Origin: Microgenomates group bacterium
GTDB lineage: Bacteria; Patescibacteriota; Microgenomatia; Daviesbacterales; UBA10151
Direction of reading: 5' to 3'
Length of the DNA stretch: 64,000 nucleotides
NCBI GenBank assembly: GCA_041659805.1
Contig: JBAZXP010000001.1
Span: 512,589 to 576,588, forward strand
This document shows, piece after piece, positions 55,474 through 64,000 of the stretch. A program made the position numbers and the translations under genes. Below the pieces are notes generated by a model. It made no database searches, was not told the origin of the DNA, and saw nothing but the letters and a program-made list of their open reading frames with translations. Positions within the stretch are counted from its first letter, which is position 1. Each line of letters starts with the position of its first letter.

Positions 55474-56232
55474 TTACAGTTTTGAATTTTCTTCATCCTG
55501 TTTGAGAATATGATGATATCTTTCAAATACTTCAGAGGGCTTTCCTTCTGCAATCATTTTTCCCTGATCAAGCAAAATTACTTTTTCACAGAAGTCCTTA
55601 ACTAGCTGCTCGCTGTGACTAACAAAAATAATTGTTTTCTCTCCAGATTTTTTTACCTCCTGTAAATAATTTATACATTTTTTTTGGAAACCTTCATCCC
55701 CGACTGCTAAAACTTCATCAATCAGCAAAAGAGGGGCGTTGGTGTTAATAGCAATAGAAAATGCCAGTCTCATATACATTCCGGAGGAATATTTTTTTAC
55801 AGGTGCATAGATAAAATCTTTTAATTCAGAGAAGTTAATAATATCGTCGAGTTTTAATTCGATTTCTTTTTTATGCATACCTAAAATTGCAGCGTTGAGA
55901 AAAATGTTTTCATATCCTGTAAGTTCATGATGAAACCCTGCTCCAAGTTCGATCAGAGGTGCTACCTTGCCCGTAATTATGACTTTTCCTGTTGTAGGTG
56001 TCGTTACTCCGGCAATTAATTTTAAAGCTGTTGATTTACCTGCACCGTTTTTGCCGATTATCCCCACAGTTTCACCCTGAAATATTTTAAATGAAACATC
56101 GTCAAGCGCAGCCACTTTTTTAGCCCAAGGTTTACCCAAAAATAAATTTGGTAAGAATTCTTTAAATGTTTTTTCTTCCTGAATATAAAAATTTTTATTA
56201 ACTTTTTCAAAAATTATTACCGGATTATCCAT
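55474..56232 (-). CDS. wzt: ABC transporter ATP-binding protein, Wzt/TagH/KpsT type (polysaccharide export), no C-terminal carbohydrate-binding domain
   Basis: Walker A 'GIIGKNGAGKSTALKLIAG', signature 'YSSGMYMRLAFSIA', Walker B 'LLLIDEVLAVGDEGFQKKC' (the Wzt/TagH-typical VGD..F..K). Confidence 0.85.
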   Translation of the reverse strand: MDNPVIIFEKVNKNFYIQEEKTFKEFLPNLFLGKPWAKKVAALDDVSFKIFQGETVGIIGKNGAGKSTALKLIAGVTTPTTGKVIITGKVAPLIELGAGFHHELTGYENIFLNAAILGMHKKEIELKLDDIINFSELKDFIYAPVKKYSSGMYMRLAFSIAINTNAPLLLIDEVLAVGDEGFQKKCINYLQEVKKSGEKTIIFVSHSEQLVKDFCEKVILLDQGKMIAEGKPSEVFERYHHILKQDEENSKL

Positions 56233-56234
56233 AG

Positions 56235-57020
56235 TTATACAATATCAGCAAACACTTTTTCGCTTTTCTTGAAAAAAATAAACCCGCTTAGAAAAACAAA
56301 GACTGAAAATATAAATGACCAATATATAGTACCTGTATCAAAAGGTAAATTGAATAATGCAGACCTATATCCTTCAATAATTCCGACCATAGGGTTTAAT
56401 TTATAAATAGCTACATATGTTTTTGGAACAAGTGAAAGAGCGTAAACAACCGGTGTAATGTATGTCCATAATAAAAGCAGTAAAGGAACAAGATACTGAA
56501 TATCCCGGTAAAATAAATTAAATGTACTGAAAATCAGAGACAACCCACTCATAAGTATTATTTGAATGAGAAAAAGAGGGAATATATATAAAATAGTGAT
56601 CCCAATAGGGATTTGATAAGCCAGCATGAAGATAAGCAATAATGAAAGAGCAAAAAAGAAATCAATTGTTTTAGATAGGACAACTGAATATGGTAGTATT
56701 TCGCGCGGAAAATAAACTTTCCTAATAAGATCTGAATTATCAATTAAAGAGCTTGTAGCAGTAATTAAGACATTTTGCAGATAAATCCATGGCAACAGCC
56801 CTGCAAACAGAAAGACCGGGTAGGGTATGTTGTTAGTCGGAAATTTAAAGATCACCGAAAAGACAAAAGTGTACACCAGGAGTTGGGCAAGAGGATTAAT
56901 CAATACCCATGCGTAACCGATGATAGATTGTTTGTAACGGGCTTTGATTGATCTTTGGGTAAGTTGAAATAAAAGATATTTATGGGTAAGAAAAGGTTGA
57001 ATTAATAATTTCAGCATCAT
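56235..57020 (-). CDS. wzm: ABC-2-type permease, Wzm/TagG/KpsM type
   Basis: 'LTQRSIKARYKQSIIGYAWVLINPLAQLLVYTFVFSVIF' is the canonical ABC-2 N-terminal motif. 6 TM. Sits directly upstream of, and on the same strand as, the ATPase gene. Confidence 0.8.
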   Translation of the reverse strand: MMLKLLIQPFLTHKYLLFQLTQRSIKARYKQSIIGYAWVLINPLAQLLVYTFVFSVIFKFPTNNIPYPVFLFAGLLPWIYLQNVLITATSSLIDNSDLIRKVYFPREILPYSVVLSKTIDFFFALSLLLIFMLAYQIPIGITILYIFPLFLIQIILMSGLSLIFSTFNLFYRDIQYLVPLLLLLWTYITPVVYALSLVPKTYVAIYKLNPMVGIIEGYRSALFNLPFDTGTIYWSFIFSVFVFLSGFIFFKKSEKVFADIV

Positions 57021-57089
57021 CTAAAATTATAATCTATCATGGTTAATTATTCTATATAAATAAGGGTTGTTAGCCTGAGAAAAAATACC

Positions 57090-57095
57090 TATAAT
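57090..57095 (+). promoter_or_regulatory. TATAAT -10-like box 11 nt upstream of ATG 57107 (near-leaderless start)
   Basis: 'acctTATAATatgggcaccatATG'. Divergent 86 bp region also has 'attataat' next to the wzm start on the other strand. Confidence 0.3.
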
Positions 57096-57106
57096 ATGGG
57101 CACCAT

Positions 57107-58090
57107 ATGCTTAAAAAACCTATAGTAAAGATTTTTAAAAAAATACTAAATTATCCTCCTTTTGCTGAAAAGAGCAGAGGAATAATAGCCAAAGCAATTG
57201 TTATATTAGTAGGCTCATTGAAAATTAAAAATGCTGATTTTACACATTATGATTTTTTTGAATATTGGCAGAAAAACGGATTTTCAATTATTCCTAATAA
57301 TTTTTATCAACCGATTCCTGATTTCTCTTCAATGAATCAAAGATCTTTAAGCAATGTAAGTTCGCTTGAGGGAATTGATATGCATGAAAAAGGTCAAATG
57401 AATTTATTAGGCAAGTTTGCAAAGTTCAAAAAAGAGTACGAGAGGATTCCTTTGAAAGGGGATTCACAGGGACATGTGTTTTATTTTAAAAATCTGGCTT
57501 TTGATGGAGTGGATGCTCTGGTCTACTATTGTATGATTCGTTATTTTAAACCTAAAAATATTATTGAAGTTGGGTCGGGTTGGTCAACAAAAATTGCTGC
57601 TCAGGCTGTGCTTAAGAATGGTCAAGGCGAATTAATCAGCATTGAACCTTATCCACAGCCTTTTATGCAGAGAACATTTCCGGGATTATTCAAGGTTATT
57701 GCAAAAAAAGTAGAGGAACTACCCTTAAGTACGTTCGGTCAATTGACAGACGGAGATATTTTATTTATTGATTCTTCACATACTGTAAAAACACAAGGCG
57801 ATGTAAATTATCTATTTTTAGAGGTATTACCCAGACTTAATAAAGGGGTTATTATCCATATTCATGATATTTTTTTTCCTTTTGATTATCCCAAGGACTG
57901 GATTATAAAAGAGCATAGATCATGGGGAGAGCAATATCTATTGCAAGCTTTTTTAATGTTTAACGATAGCTTTAAAATTATTTATTCTAACAGTTTTATG
58001 GGGTACAAGTATTTGAAAAATGTTAAAAAAGTATTTTCTAAATCGCCTTTTTATAAAGGCGGATCGATTTGGATACAAAGAGTTAAATAA
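57107..58090 (+). CDS. TylF/MycF/CmcI-like (Methyltransf_24) metal-dependent SAM O-methyltransferase
   Basis: 'IIEVGSGWSTKIAAQAV', 'ILFIDSSHTVKTQGDVNYLFLEVLPRLNKGVIIHIHDIF' match the 'DGDLYEST...L..GG.I..DDY' architecture of macrocin-O-methyltransferase-like sugar O-MTases. Confidence 0.6.
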   Translation: MLKKPIVKIFKKILNYPPFAEKSRGIIAKAIVILVGSLKIKNADFTHYDFFEYWQKNGFSIIPNNFYQPIPDFSSMNQRSLSNVSSLEGIDMHEKGQMNLLGKFAKFKKEYERIPLKGDSQGHVFYFKNLAFDGVDALVYYCMIRYFKPKNIIEVGSGWSTKIAAQAVLKNGQGELISIEPYPQPFMQRTFPGLFKVIAKKVEELPLSTFGQLTDGDILFIDSSHTVKTQGDVNYLFLEVLPRLNKGVIIHIHDIFFPFDYPKDWIIKEHRSWGEQYLLQAFLMFNDSFKIIYSNSFMGYKYLKNVKKVFSKSPFYKGGSIWIQRVK

Positions 58091-60187
58091 TTATTTAAGT
58101 TTTTTTTGCATTGAATATATTTTTTGTGCGGTGAATAAAACCAGGCTGAGATTTAATAGAAATGCAGCCAAAAATATCTGTTTAGGAAAATCCCAATAAT
58201 ATATAGCTTTAACCCACCAGAAATCCGGTACTCGTTCAAAGATTTGAGTATGAATTTGCCATGTTTTCCAAGGGTCTTGATTTGTTCCTCCATAATTTTG
58301 ATATGTTGTACCAGTCATTTTGGGTCCCAGGGGTGATATATAGGGGATATCAATGCTTTCCATATTTATAGGAATATTGTTAATGCTTGAATTAATTAAT
58401 CCGATTATTTGGGTGTGGTTTATAACTACATTGGGATCATCAAATTGAATCTTAATTATCAATTGGTTATTTGTGGATTTAAGATATTCTTTTTTAATTG
58501 GTATTTTAATCAATTTTCTTTCCCTTAGGGACAAAACTTCCTTTTCCAATGATATTGGGTGATTATTCAGCATAAATTGAAGATTAGCTGACGAACTCGA
58601 ATTGCCTATTGGATGATTAATTATTCCAAAGATTATTTCTTTGATAGGTTGTTTATCATTATTGTCAAAAGAAATGTGTCCTGTTTCATCTATGACTCGC
58701 CATCTCTCCGGGCCAACATTAAAAGGAAAATCTACGCCATCATAGAATTTTACGTTATAAATTCCATGCTCCAATGTTTTTGGGAATAATTGAATTGTTT
58801 TAATAAAGCTTTTCGACATTGTATAGATTGGACTGAAACGAGGTAAAAAATTACTATATATAGAAACTGGATATTCTATTCCATTAATGAAGAAACGGCT
58901 TTCTAGGTTGTGGTATTTAATTTGATAGGGCATAAAAATACCTAGTAACTCAATGTAAAGACCGAGAATCGCAAGAGGCAGGAAGATAAATATTTTTTGC
59001 ATTTTTGATAAAGCAACAAAAATATTTCCAACAACCAGCATTCCGAAAGGAATAAGTGGTGTTAAATAACGCGGTCCCCAGCTTGATTCTCCATGCCATA
59101 ATTCAGCAACAACCTGGTCGGATTCTCTAAAGGCATATTGGGTAGAGAAAAAAAATATATATATAATAGATATCATTAGAAATACTATTAATTCAGATAC
59201 TATTTTATTGCGGATTTTGTGCCAGAAGAATAAGATAATGAGTATCAAAGGAGAATATAAGAAGAAGCTTCTTCCTGGGCTAAGCAATTGTCCGTATAAC
59301 CCTTCAATAATAACTGGTATTTGAATATGAGATAAGGTGTTAGCAGCAACACTGGAAAAATATTGAGGAGAAGATGAGCTAATACTACCTTGAGCACGAA
59401 TATTTTCAAACCAAACGTAAATTATCATTAGAGGTATAAGTCCGAGTAAAAAGACATAAGCGTCTTTAAGGATTGATATAAATGAATTTCGGTTTAATTG
59501 AGGTTTTGTAAGGAGCAAATAATAAAGTATGAGTACAGGGAAAGGTAATAAGAAAGTTGGATTATAGGCAATCAGTACTATACCGTAAGAAATGGCTGAA
59601 AAAAATAATAGAAATTTTTTATGTGATAAAGAATATTTTTTAACAAGAAAAAATGCTAACACTAGAAAGCTGGTAAACACCATATGTGCAACACTGTGTT
59701 TGCTGTAAACTAAAAGATTGGTTGCAAATAATGAAACCATACTCATTAACAAAGCTTGTTTTAGTCTAATTTTTAGAGCTAGAAAATAAAGGAACAGTAT
59801 AAGACCCAAACTTGCAGCAAAAAAAGAATTCGTAAAACTAGCTAGTAAAAAAATAAGCCAATCTGATTCTAATGGAAAATGGACTGGTGGAGAAACGTTA
59901 TAATATTTGTATACCATATCTGTAATTGCAACAGCTGGTAAGTATGCTAGTGAAAATCCTAAACCAGTTGGACTGTATGTCTTGCCATCCTTGCCAATGT
60001 ATGTGCTCATATGTATATTTTTATTCTCATTAAATTCATATAAGGGTCCTGTGGGCTCACCTTTGTAATAGATATTACGAGCTACGGCAAGATACTGTAA
60101 CCCATCTTGTGAATCTATCACGCCTGATGATAGAAAAATGAATGTGGAATAAAGAAATAAGAAATAATAAATTATCAGTCTTTTCAT
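58091..60187 (-). CDS. ArnT/PMT_2-like GT-C polytopic glycosyltransferase with large C-terminal extracytoplasmic domain and terminal TM anchor
   Basis: Loop-1 'DSQDGLQYLAVARNIYYKGEPTGP' resembles the ArnT 'DETRYAEISREM..G' motif. About 12 TM, then a ~300 aa soluble region, then a final TM ('IFLAAFLLNLSLVLF'). Confidence 0.5.
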   Translation of the reverse strand: MKRLIIYYFLFLYSTFIFLSSGVIDSQDGLQYLAVARNIYYKGEPTGPLYEFNENKNIHMSTYIGKDGKTYSPTGLGFSLAYLPAVAITDMVYKYYNVSPPVHFPLESDWLIFLLASFTNSFFAASLGLILFLYFLALKIRLKQALLMSMVSLFATNLLVYSKHSVAHMVFTSFLVLAFFLVKKYSLSHKKFLLFFSAISYGIVLIAYNPTFLLPFPVLILYYLLLTKPQLNRNSFISILKDAYVFLLGLIPLMIIYVWFENIRAQGSISSSSPQYFSSVAANTLSHIQIPVIIEGLYGQLLSPGRSFFLYSPLILIILFFWHKIRNKIVSELIVFLMISIIYIFFFSTQYAFRESDQVVAELWHGESSWGPRYLTPLIPFGMLVVGNIFVALSKMQKIFIFLPLAILGLYIELLGIFMPYQIKYHNLESRFFINGIEYPVSIYSNFLPRFSPIYTMSKSFIKTIQLFPKTLEHGIYNVKFYDGVDFPFNVGPERWRVIDETGHISFDNNDKQPIKEIIFGIINHPIGNSSSSANLQFMLNNHPISLEKEVLSLRERKLIKIPIKKEYLKSTNNQLIIKIQFDDPNVVINHTQIIGLINSSINNIPINMESIDIPYISPLGPKMTGTTYQNYGGTNQDPWKTWQIHTQIFERVPDFWWVKAIYYWDFPKQIFLAAFLLNLSLVLFTAQKIYSMQKKLK

Positions 60188-60265
60188 AAGCTTGATGATA
60201 ACATACTATTAATCCAGGGAAAATTATTGTAGGATCATAGGTATTCATAAAGTCAGTAAAAAAGA

Positions 60266-61234
60266 ATGAATATAAAAATCGGTTTAAGTTTAATAATCCA
60301 TACCAAAAACGAAGAGGCTAATATCGCGGAATGTATAAGGTCTGCTCAAAGTATTGCTTCTGAGATTATTATTGCCGATATGCAAAGTTCGGATGAAACT
60401 ATTGCAATAGCAAAAAAAATGGGAGCAAAAGTTTTTTCAGTGCCTGATTATAATTTTGCTGATCCTGCAAGAAATTTTGCCATAAGTAAGGCTACCAACA
60501 AATGGATCTTTATATTAGATGCTGACGAGCGAATATCTGAGATATTATGCAAAAAAATTAATGAAATTATTGTCGCTGATAATTTTGACGTAGTGGCTTT
60601 TCCGAGAAAGAATATTCATTTTGAAAAATGGATTAAACACACTGCCTGGTGGCCTGATTATCAGCATAGATTATTCAAAAAGGGATTTGTTAATTGCCCG
60701 GATATAATTCATAAACGATATAAAATTAAAGGTAGGATACTTACACTACCTCCCAAAGAAGAAAACTCGATCCTCCATTTTCAAACCAAAACAAGCAAGG
60801 AGTTGATATTTAAAATAGATCGATATACTTCACTTGAGAAATATTTTGAGAAAGAAAAAAAACTTTCTTTTAATGATGTCATAAACTACATAGATCAAGA
60901 GTTCCAGTGGAGGTTCTTTGAAGAAAAAGGATATCTGGATGGAATGAGAGGTTATATTTTAAGTAAATTCATGGAATATTATCGCTTTTTAGTTTTTGTG
61001 AAGTATTGGGAAACTCACAAATATCCTGAATTGTGTAGCCCTATTCAATTAAAAAAATATGTTGAACAGAATAAGCATTTGTCTTTAGGAATAACCAAAT
61101 TGAATGTTTCTGAGAAGCAACATTTTGATAAAATTATCAATTCTAAATTTTACAAAGCATGGCGTGTATATAGTGATATGAAAGATAAGTTTTTTGAAAT
61201 TATAAAGTTAGGAAAAGGAGCGATTGCTTCATGA
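60266..61234 (+). CDS. GT2 glycosyltransferase, WaaE/KdtX-like
   Basis: 'LSLIIHTKNEEANIAECIRSAQSIASEIIIADMQSSDETIAIAKKMGAKVF', 'ILDADERI', 'WWPDYQHRLFKKG'. Closest paralogue of 1360. Confidence 0.75.
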   Translation: MNIKIGLSLIIHTKNEEANIAECIRSAQSIASEIIIADMQSSDETIAIAKKMGAKVFSVPDYNFADPARNFAISKATNKWIFILDADERISEILCKKINEIIVADNFDVVAFPRKNIHFEKWIKHTAWWPDYQHRLFKKGFVNCPDIIHKRYKIKGRILTLPPKEENSILHFQTKTSKELIFKIDRYTSLEKYFEKEKKLSFNDVINYIDQEFQWRFFEEKGYLDGMRGYILSKFMEYYRFLVFVKYWETHKYPELCSPIQLKKYVEQNKHLSLGITKLNVSEKQHFDKIINSKFYKAWRVYSDMKDKFFEIIKLGKGAIAS

Positions 61235-62682
61235 GAGAAACATATCCTAATTGTTCGGTTGTTGTTCTCAATTATTTTGGAGAGAGAGTAATCAAAAATA
61301 CGATTAACTCGCTTTTGAATCTGGATTATCCGAAAGAAAAACTTGAGATCCTTATTGTTGATAATAACTCCCAAGATAAAAGTCGCGAAATAATTATGAA
61401 TTATGCGGAACAAGAAAAAAATATCAAATACATATTCCTTAACAAGAATAAAGGTTTTGCGGGCGGCAACAATGAGGGGATAAAAGTAGCGAAAGGTGAG
61501 TACGTAACATTATTGAATAATGATTGTATCGTAGAAAAGGATTGGTTAACGGAGTTAGTAAAAACAGCACGGAAGGATCCAAAAATTTTCGCAGTTTCTT
61601 CTAAGATTAAGCTTTATCCAAAATATTACAATCTAAAATTTAATTATACTAGTGGTTTATTTTTAGTGAATGCTTTTTTAAAGGACGGGTATCTTGCTAA
61701 GCTGGAAAAACCCAGAAACGTAAACCTCGAAGTAATACTTGAAGATGGGTATTCTGTACTGGAAATTCCATATGTTGCCAAGGACGGATTATTTTCAGTA
61801 GAAATGGTCTTTGAACTCGATAAACAGGATTCTATAAAATCATACGAACAATTAGTTACGATACTAAACGATGAAGGGGTTGAAGGACATCCTAAGATAA
61901 CTGTTCATAAACAACGACTTGTTTTTACGGTTAAGTTTGATGCTGAAAAATTTGATAAAAATAGTGTTTTTGACAAAATACAGAATGCAGGAATTGTAGT
62001 TTTTCAGAATGGTGCGGGACGTGATATCGGAGCACAAATCATAGTCCAGAGACAATTTTACGAATGTGATTATGGGCAATATGCGGAAGAACAGGAAGTA
62101 TATGCTGCATGTGGGGCGGCAGTGATGTATAACAAAAAGATTTTAGGTAAAATAGGTTTTTTGGAGGATTTATTTTTTATGTATTATGAAGATGTAGAAA
62201 TTTCTGAAAGAGCACGTCTTAGAGGATATAAAATATTCTATTGTCCAAACGCTGAAGTTCGTCATCTCCATGCTTTTTCTAGCAAAGAATGGTCTAATTT
62301 TTTCATTTACCAGGCTGAAAAAGGTAGGTTGCTACACATCTTTTTTAGCTTTCCGTTGCGTGTATTTATTAAGGAATTTTTTATATTGATAATAAAAATT
62401 GCAGAGGTTGGAGTTAGGATTATGAAAAACCTTTCTGATCGAAAAAGGGTTATAAAATTTATTCGGGGGGTTGTTGGATATGTTTTTAGAGAAGCTGAGA
62501 AAGAGGGTGCCGGCAAGACTGATTTTGGAAAAGTAATGCAATATATAAAGATAATATTGTATTTCTCGGGAAATATGCCCATGCTTATTCTAAAAAGATA
62601 CATAAAGCATAGACATATATCTAGTAATGCTATTATTAATAATTATCAAGATATCCTAAAAGGAAAATGGTATTTTAACTAA
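61231..62682 (+). CDS. GT2 glycosyltransferase, WbbL/rhamnosyltransferase-like with ~120 aa internal insertion
   Basis: 'CSVVVLNYFGERVI', 'ILIVDNNSQDKS', 'GFAGGNNEGI', 'EDLFFMYYEDVEISERARLRGYKI'. The insertion lies between the DxD region and the C-terminal half (residues ~120-250). Confidence 0.7.
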   Translation: MRETYPNCSVVVLNYFGERVIKNTINSLLNLDYPKEKLEILIVDNNSQDKSREIIMNYAEQEKNIKYIFLNKNKGFAGGNNEGIKVAKGEYVTLLNNDCIVEKDWLTELVKTARKDPKIFAVSSKIKLYPKYYNLKFNYTSGLFLVNAFLKDGYLAKLEKPRNVNLEVILEDGYSVLEIPYVAKDGLFSVEMVFELDKQDSIKSYEQLVTILNDEGVEGHPKITVHKQRLVFTVKFDAEKFDKNSVFDKIQNAGIVVFQNGAGRDIGAQIIVQRQFYECDYGQYAEEQEVYAACGAAVMYNKKILGKIGFLEDLFFMYYEDVEISERARLRGYKIFYCPNAEVRHLHAFSSKEWSNFFIYQAEKGRLLHIFFSFPLRVFIKEFFILIIKIAEVGVRIMKNLSDRKRVIKFIRGVVGYVFREAEKEGAGKTDFGKVMQYIKIILYFSGNMPMLILKRYIKHRHISSNAIINNYQDILKGKWYFN

Positions 62683-64000
62683 TGAAAAAAAATGCTGTAG
62701 TTTATGATAAATGGTTAAGGTCTTTGGGAGGGGGGGAAGTTGTTGCATGCAATATTGCAAAAATATTAGCTGATAACGGTTACGAGGTAACTTTTATTGC
62801 CGGGAAAAAGGTAGATAAAGAGATCATAAAGAATAAACTCAGTATAGATCTATCAAAAGTTTCTATGGTAGAGGTTTGGACAGATGAAGCAAAGGTGAAG
62901 CAACTTTCTAAAGATAAAGACCTATTCATTAATACTTCCTTTCTTGATTATACATATGGGATTGCTAAAAAGAATATTTACTACACTCATTTTCCGAAAG
63001 AGCCTTATAACACAATCGGAGAAATGTTGTTTACTAAATTTTTATTTCCCCTCGTAGTAAATTTTATAAATCCCTTTGAAATGTTTAGTGATTTGGAGAT
63101 GACAACAGTTATTAAAACAGTAGAGGATAGTGAGCCGGCATACCTACTTAAAGAAAACAATAAGGTTGCTATTTCATATTTACAAAAAAATAAGATTCAT
63201 GTTATCGAATTTTCATTATTTCTTAGTTCATTTTCACAATCCTTAATGAGAGATATAAAGATATATTTTGAAGAAGCAAATATTCGTTCGCGGGAGGTGT
63301 TTATTGATCATAATCATAATCAAATTAACTTTCGGTTTAAGATAAAAGCGTTAAGTTCAACTGCGTATTTAGGAATCGAAATATTAAAGTCTCAGCTTGC
63401 GGTAAAAGATGATCAAGTTTATTTACTTTATCCAAAAATAAAAATTAGAAATGTTTATGAATCTGTTTTTAAAGTAATTTATAATAAAATAAATAACAAG
63501 CTAAGGTCAGGGGTTTTTTCTAACCCGTTAGAAAGGTTAGGCAGTTATCAACTAATTTTGGCAAACTCATCTTTTACACAAAAATGGATAAAAAATTATT
63601 GGAAGCGAGAATCCACCATACTTTATCCTCCCGTGGAATTATTATTTCATAAATATAATTTAGACAATCAAAAAAAGAAAAAATGGATTTGTTCGGTCGG
63701 AAGATTTTTTATGTTAGGCCACGGGAAGAAACAAGAAATTTTGATTAAAGCATTTAAAAAATTCTATGATTTGGGTAACAATGATTGGGAGTTACATTTA
63801 TGTGGAGGAATAAGTACAGAAGAGAGTAGTCTTGATTTCTTAGAAAGGTTAAAGTCTGAAGTAAACGGTTATCCAGTCTATTTCCACTTGAATGTTTCTA
63901 GAAGCGAAATAGAGAGAATATTATTAAATTCGAAAATTTATTGGCACGCAACAGGATTTGGAGAGAATGAGGACACGAGTCCCATAAAATTTGAACATTT
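62682..64000 (+). CDS. GT4 (GT-B fold) glycosyltransferase, 3'-partial (runs off window end)
   Basis: ATG at 62682 overlaps the upstream TAA (TAATG). 'AVVYDKWLRSLGGGEVVACNIAKILADNGYEV' is a GT4 N-terminal domain. 'RFFMLGHGKKQEILIKAF' and 'YWHATGFGENED' approach the E-x7-E region. No stop before nt 64000. Confidence 0.65.
   Translation, partial: MKKNAVVYDKWLRSLGGGEVVACNIAKILADNGYEVTFIAGKKVDKEIIKNKLSIDLSKVSMVEVWTDEAKVKQLSKDKDLFINTSFLDYTYGIAKKNIYYTHFPKEPYNTIGEMLFTKFLFPLVVNFINPFEMFSDLEMTTVIKTVEDSEPAYLLKENNKVAISYLQKNKIHVIEFSLFLSSFSQSLMRDIKIYFEEANIRSREVFIDHNHNQINFRFKIKALSSTAYLGIEILKSQLAVKDDQVYLLYPKIKIRNVYESVFKVIYNKINNKLRSGVFSNPLERLGSYQLILANSSFTQKWIKNYWKRESTILYPPVELLFHKYNLDNQKKKKWICSVGRFFMLGHGKKQEILIKAFKKFYDLGNNDWELHLCGGISTEESSLDFLERLKSEVNGYPVYFHLNVSRSEIERILLNSKIYWHATGFGENEDTSPIKFEH

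Noticed and set aside
61150-62603. Five small minus-strand ORFs antisense to GT2 genes 60266-62682
   Set aside because: Antisense to motif-supported genes, so rejected as artefacts. Short, AT-rich reading-frame noise.
1-64000. CRISPR arrays, tandem repeats, tRNA/rRNA genes, IS elements or integrases
   Set aside because: No gap longer than about 140 bp, no periodic repeat-spacer pattern, and no transposase- or integrase-like translation was seen. Not exhaustively computable by eye, but nothing suggests their presence.
1-64000. Archaeal origin (methanogen-like low-GC glycosylation locus with PMT-like genes and NulO pathway)
   Set aside because: Considered because of the lack of SD sequences and the eukaryote-like GT-C/GT76 content. 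However, the WaaE-type GT2s, Wzm/Wzt, Wzx, the TagF/KpsS-like gene and the sigma70-like TATAAT/TGnTATAAT boxes favour Bacteria. Left open rather than asserted.

Overview
The window is AT-rich (roughly one-third G+C by eye) and extremely gene-dense. I call 57 protein-coding genes, about 97% coding, with many 1-4 bp start/stop overlaps (ATGA/TAATG type) and convergent gene ends only 3-8 bp apart. The largest intergenic gap is about 140 bp. I saw no rRNA, tRNA, CRISPR array, transposase or integrase, and no convincing rho-independent terminator. Essentially the whole 64 kb reads as one large cell-surface glycan / extracytoplasmic glycosylation island.

Contents:
- At least 13 cytoplasmic glycosyltransferases: GT2 of WaaE/KdtX-like and WbbL/rhamnosyltransferase-like types, and GT4.
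- Two GtrB/ArnC/DPM1-like polyprenyl-phosphate-sugar synthases, one followed by a DUF2304-like small membrane protein.
- A battery of polytopic GT-C-type enzymes: five tandem PMT/ArnT (GT39/PMT_2)-like paralogues (one 5'-truncated by the window edge, one fused to a GT2 domain), one PIG-V/GT76-like mannosyltransferase homologue, one ArnT-like protein, and at least two further uncharacterised polytopic proteins.
- A complete legionaminic-acid-type nonulosonic acid (NulO) cassette: PseB/CapD-type 4,6-dehydratase, a fused LbH acetyltransferase-DegT aminotransferase, NeuC-like hydrolysing 2-epimerase, NeuB-like synthase and NeuA-like CMP-transferase.
- Four B12-binding radical SAM enzymes and seven SAM methyltransferases (2 FkbM, 1 TylF-like, 4 class I).
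- A split transketolase flanked by SDRs, a mutarotase-like and an IMPase-family phosphatase.
- WecB plus a truncated UDP-sugar-dehydrogenase-like gene, and an RmlD-like reductase.
- Both a Wzx-type flippase and a Wzm/Wzt ABC exporter.

No priming phosphoglycosyltransferase, Wzz or WaaL is recognisable.

Lineage cannot be fixed from this window. The Wzx/Wzm/Wzt/WaaE-type genes and TATAAT-like boxes argue for a bacterium. The absence of Shine-Dalgarno motifs, near-leaderless starts and the expansion of PMT_2-type GT-C genes would fit an uncultivated low-GC lineage (CPR/Patescibacteria-like), but that is inference only. All functional calls rest on remembered family signatures read by eye from the translations; no database search was run.
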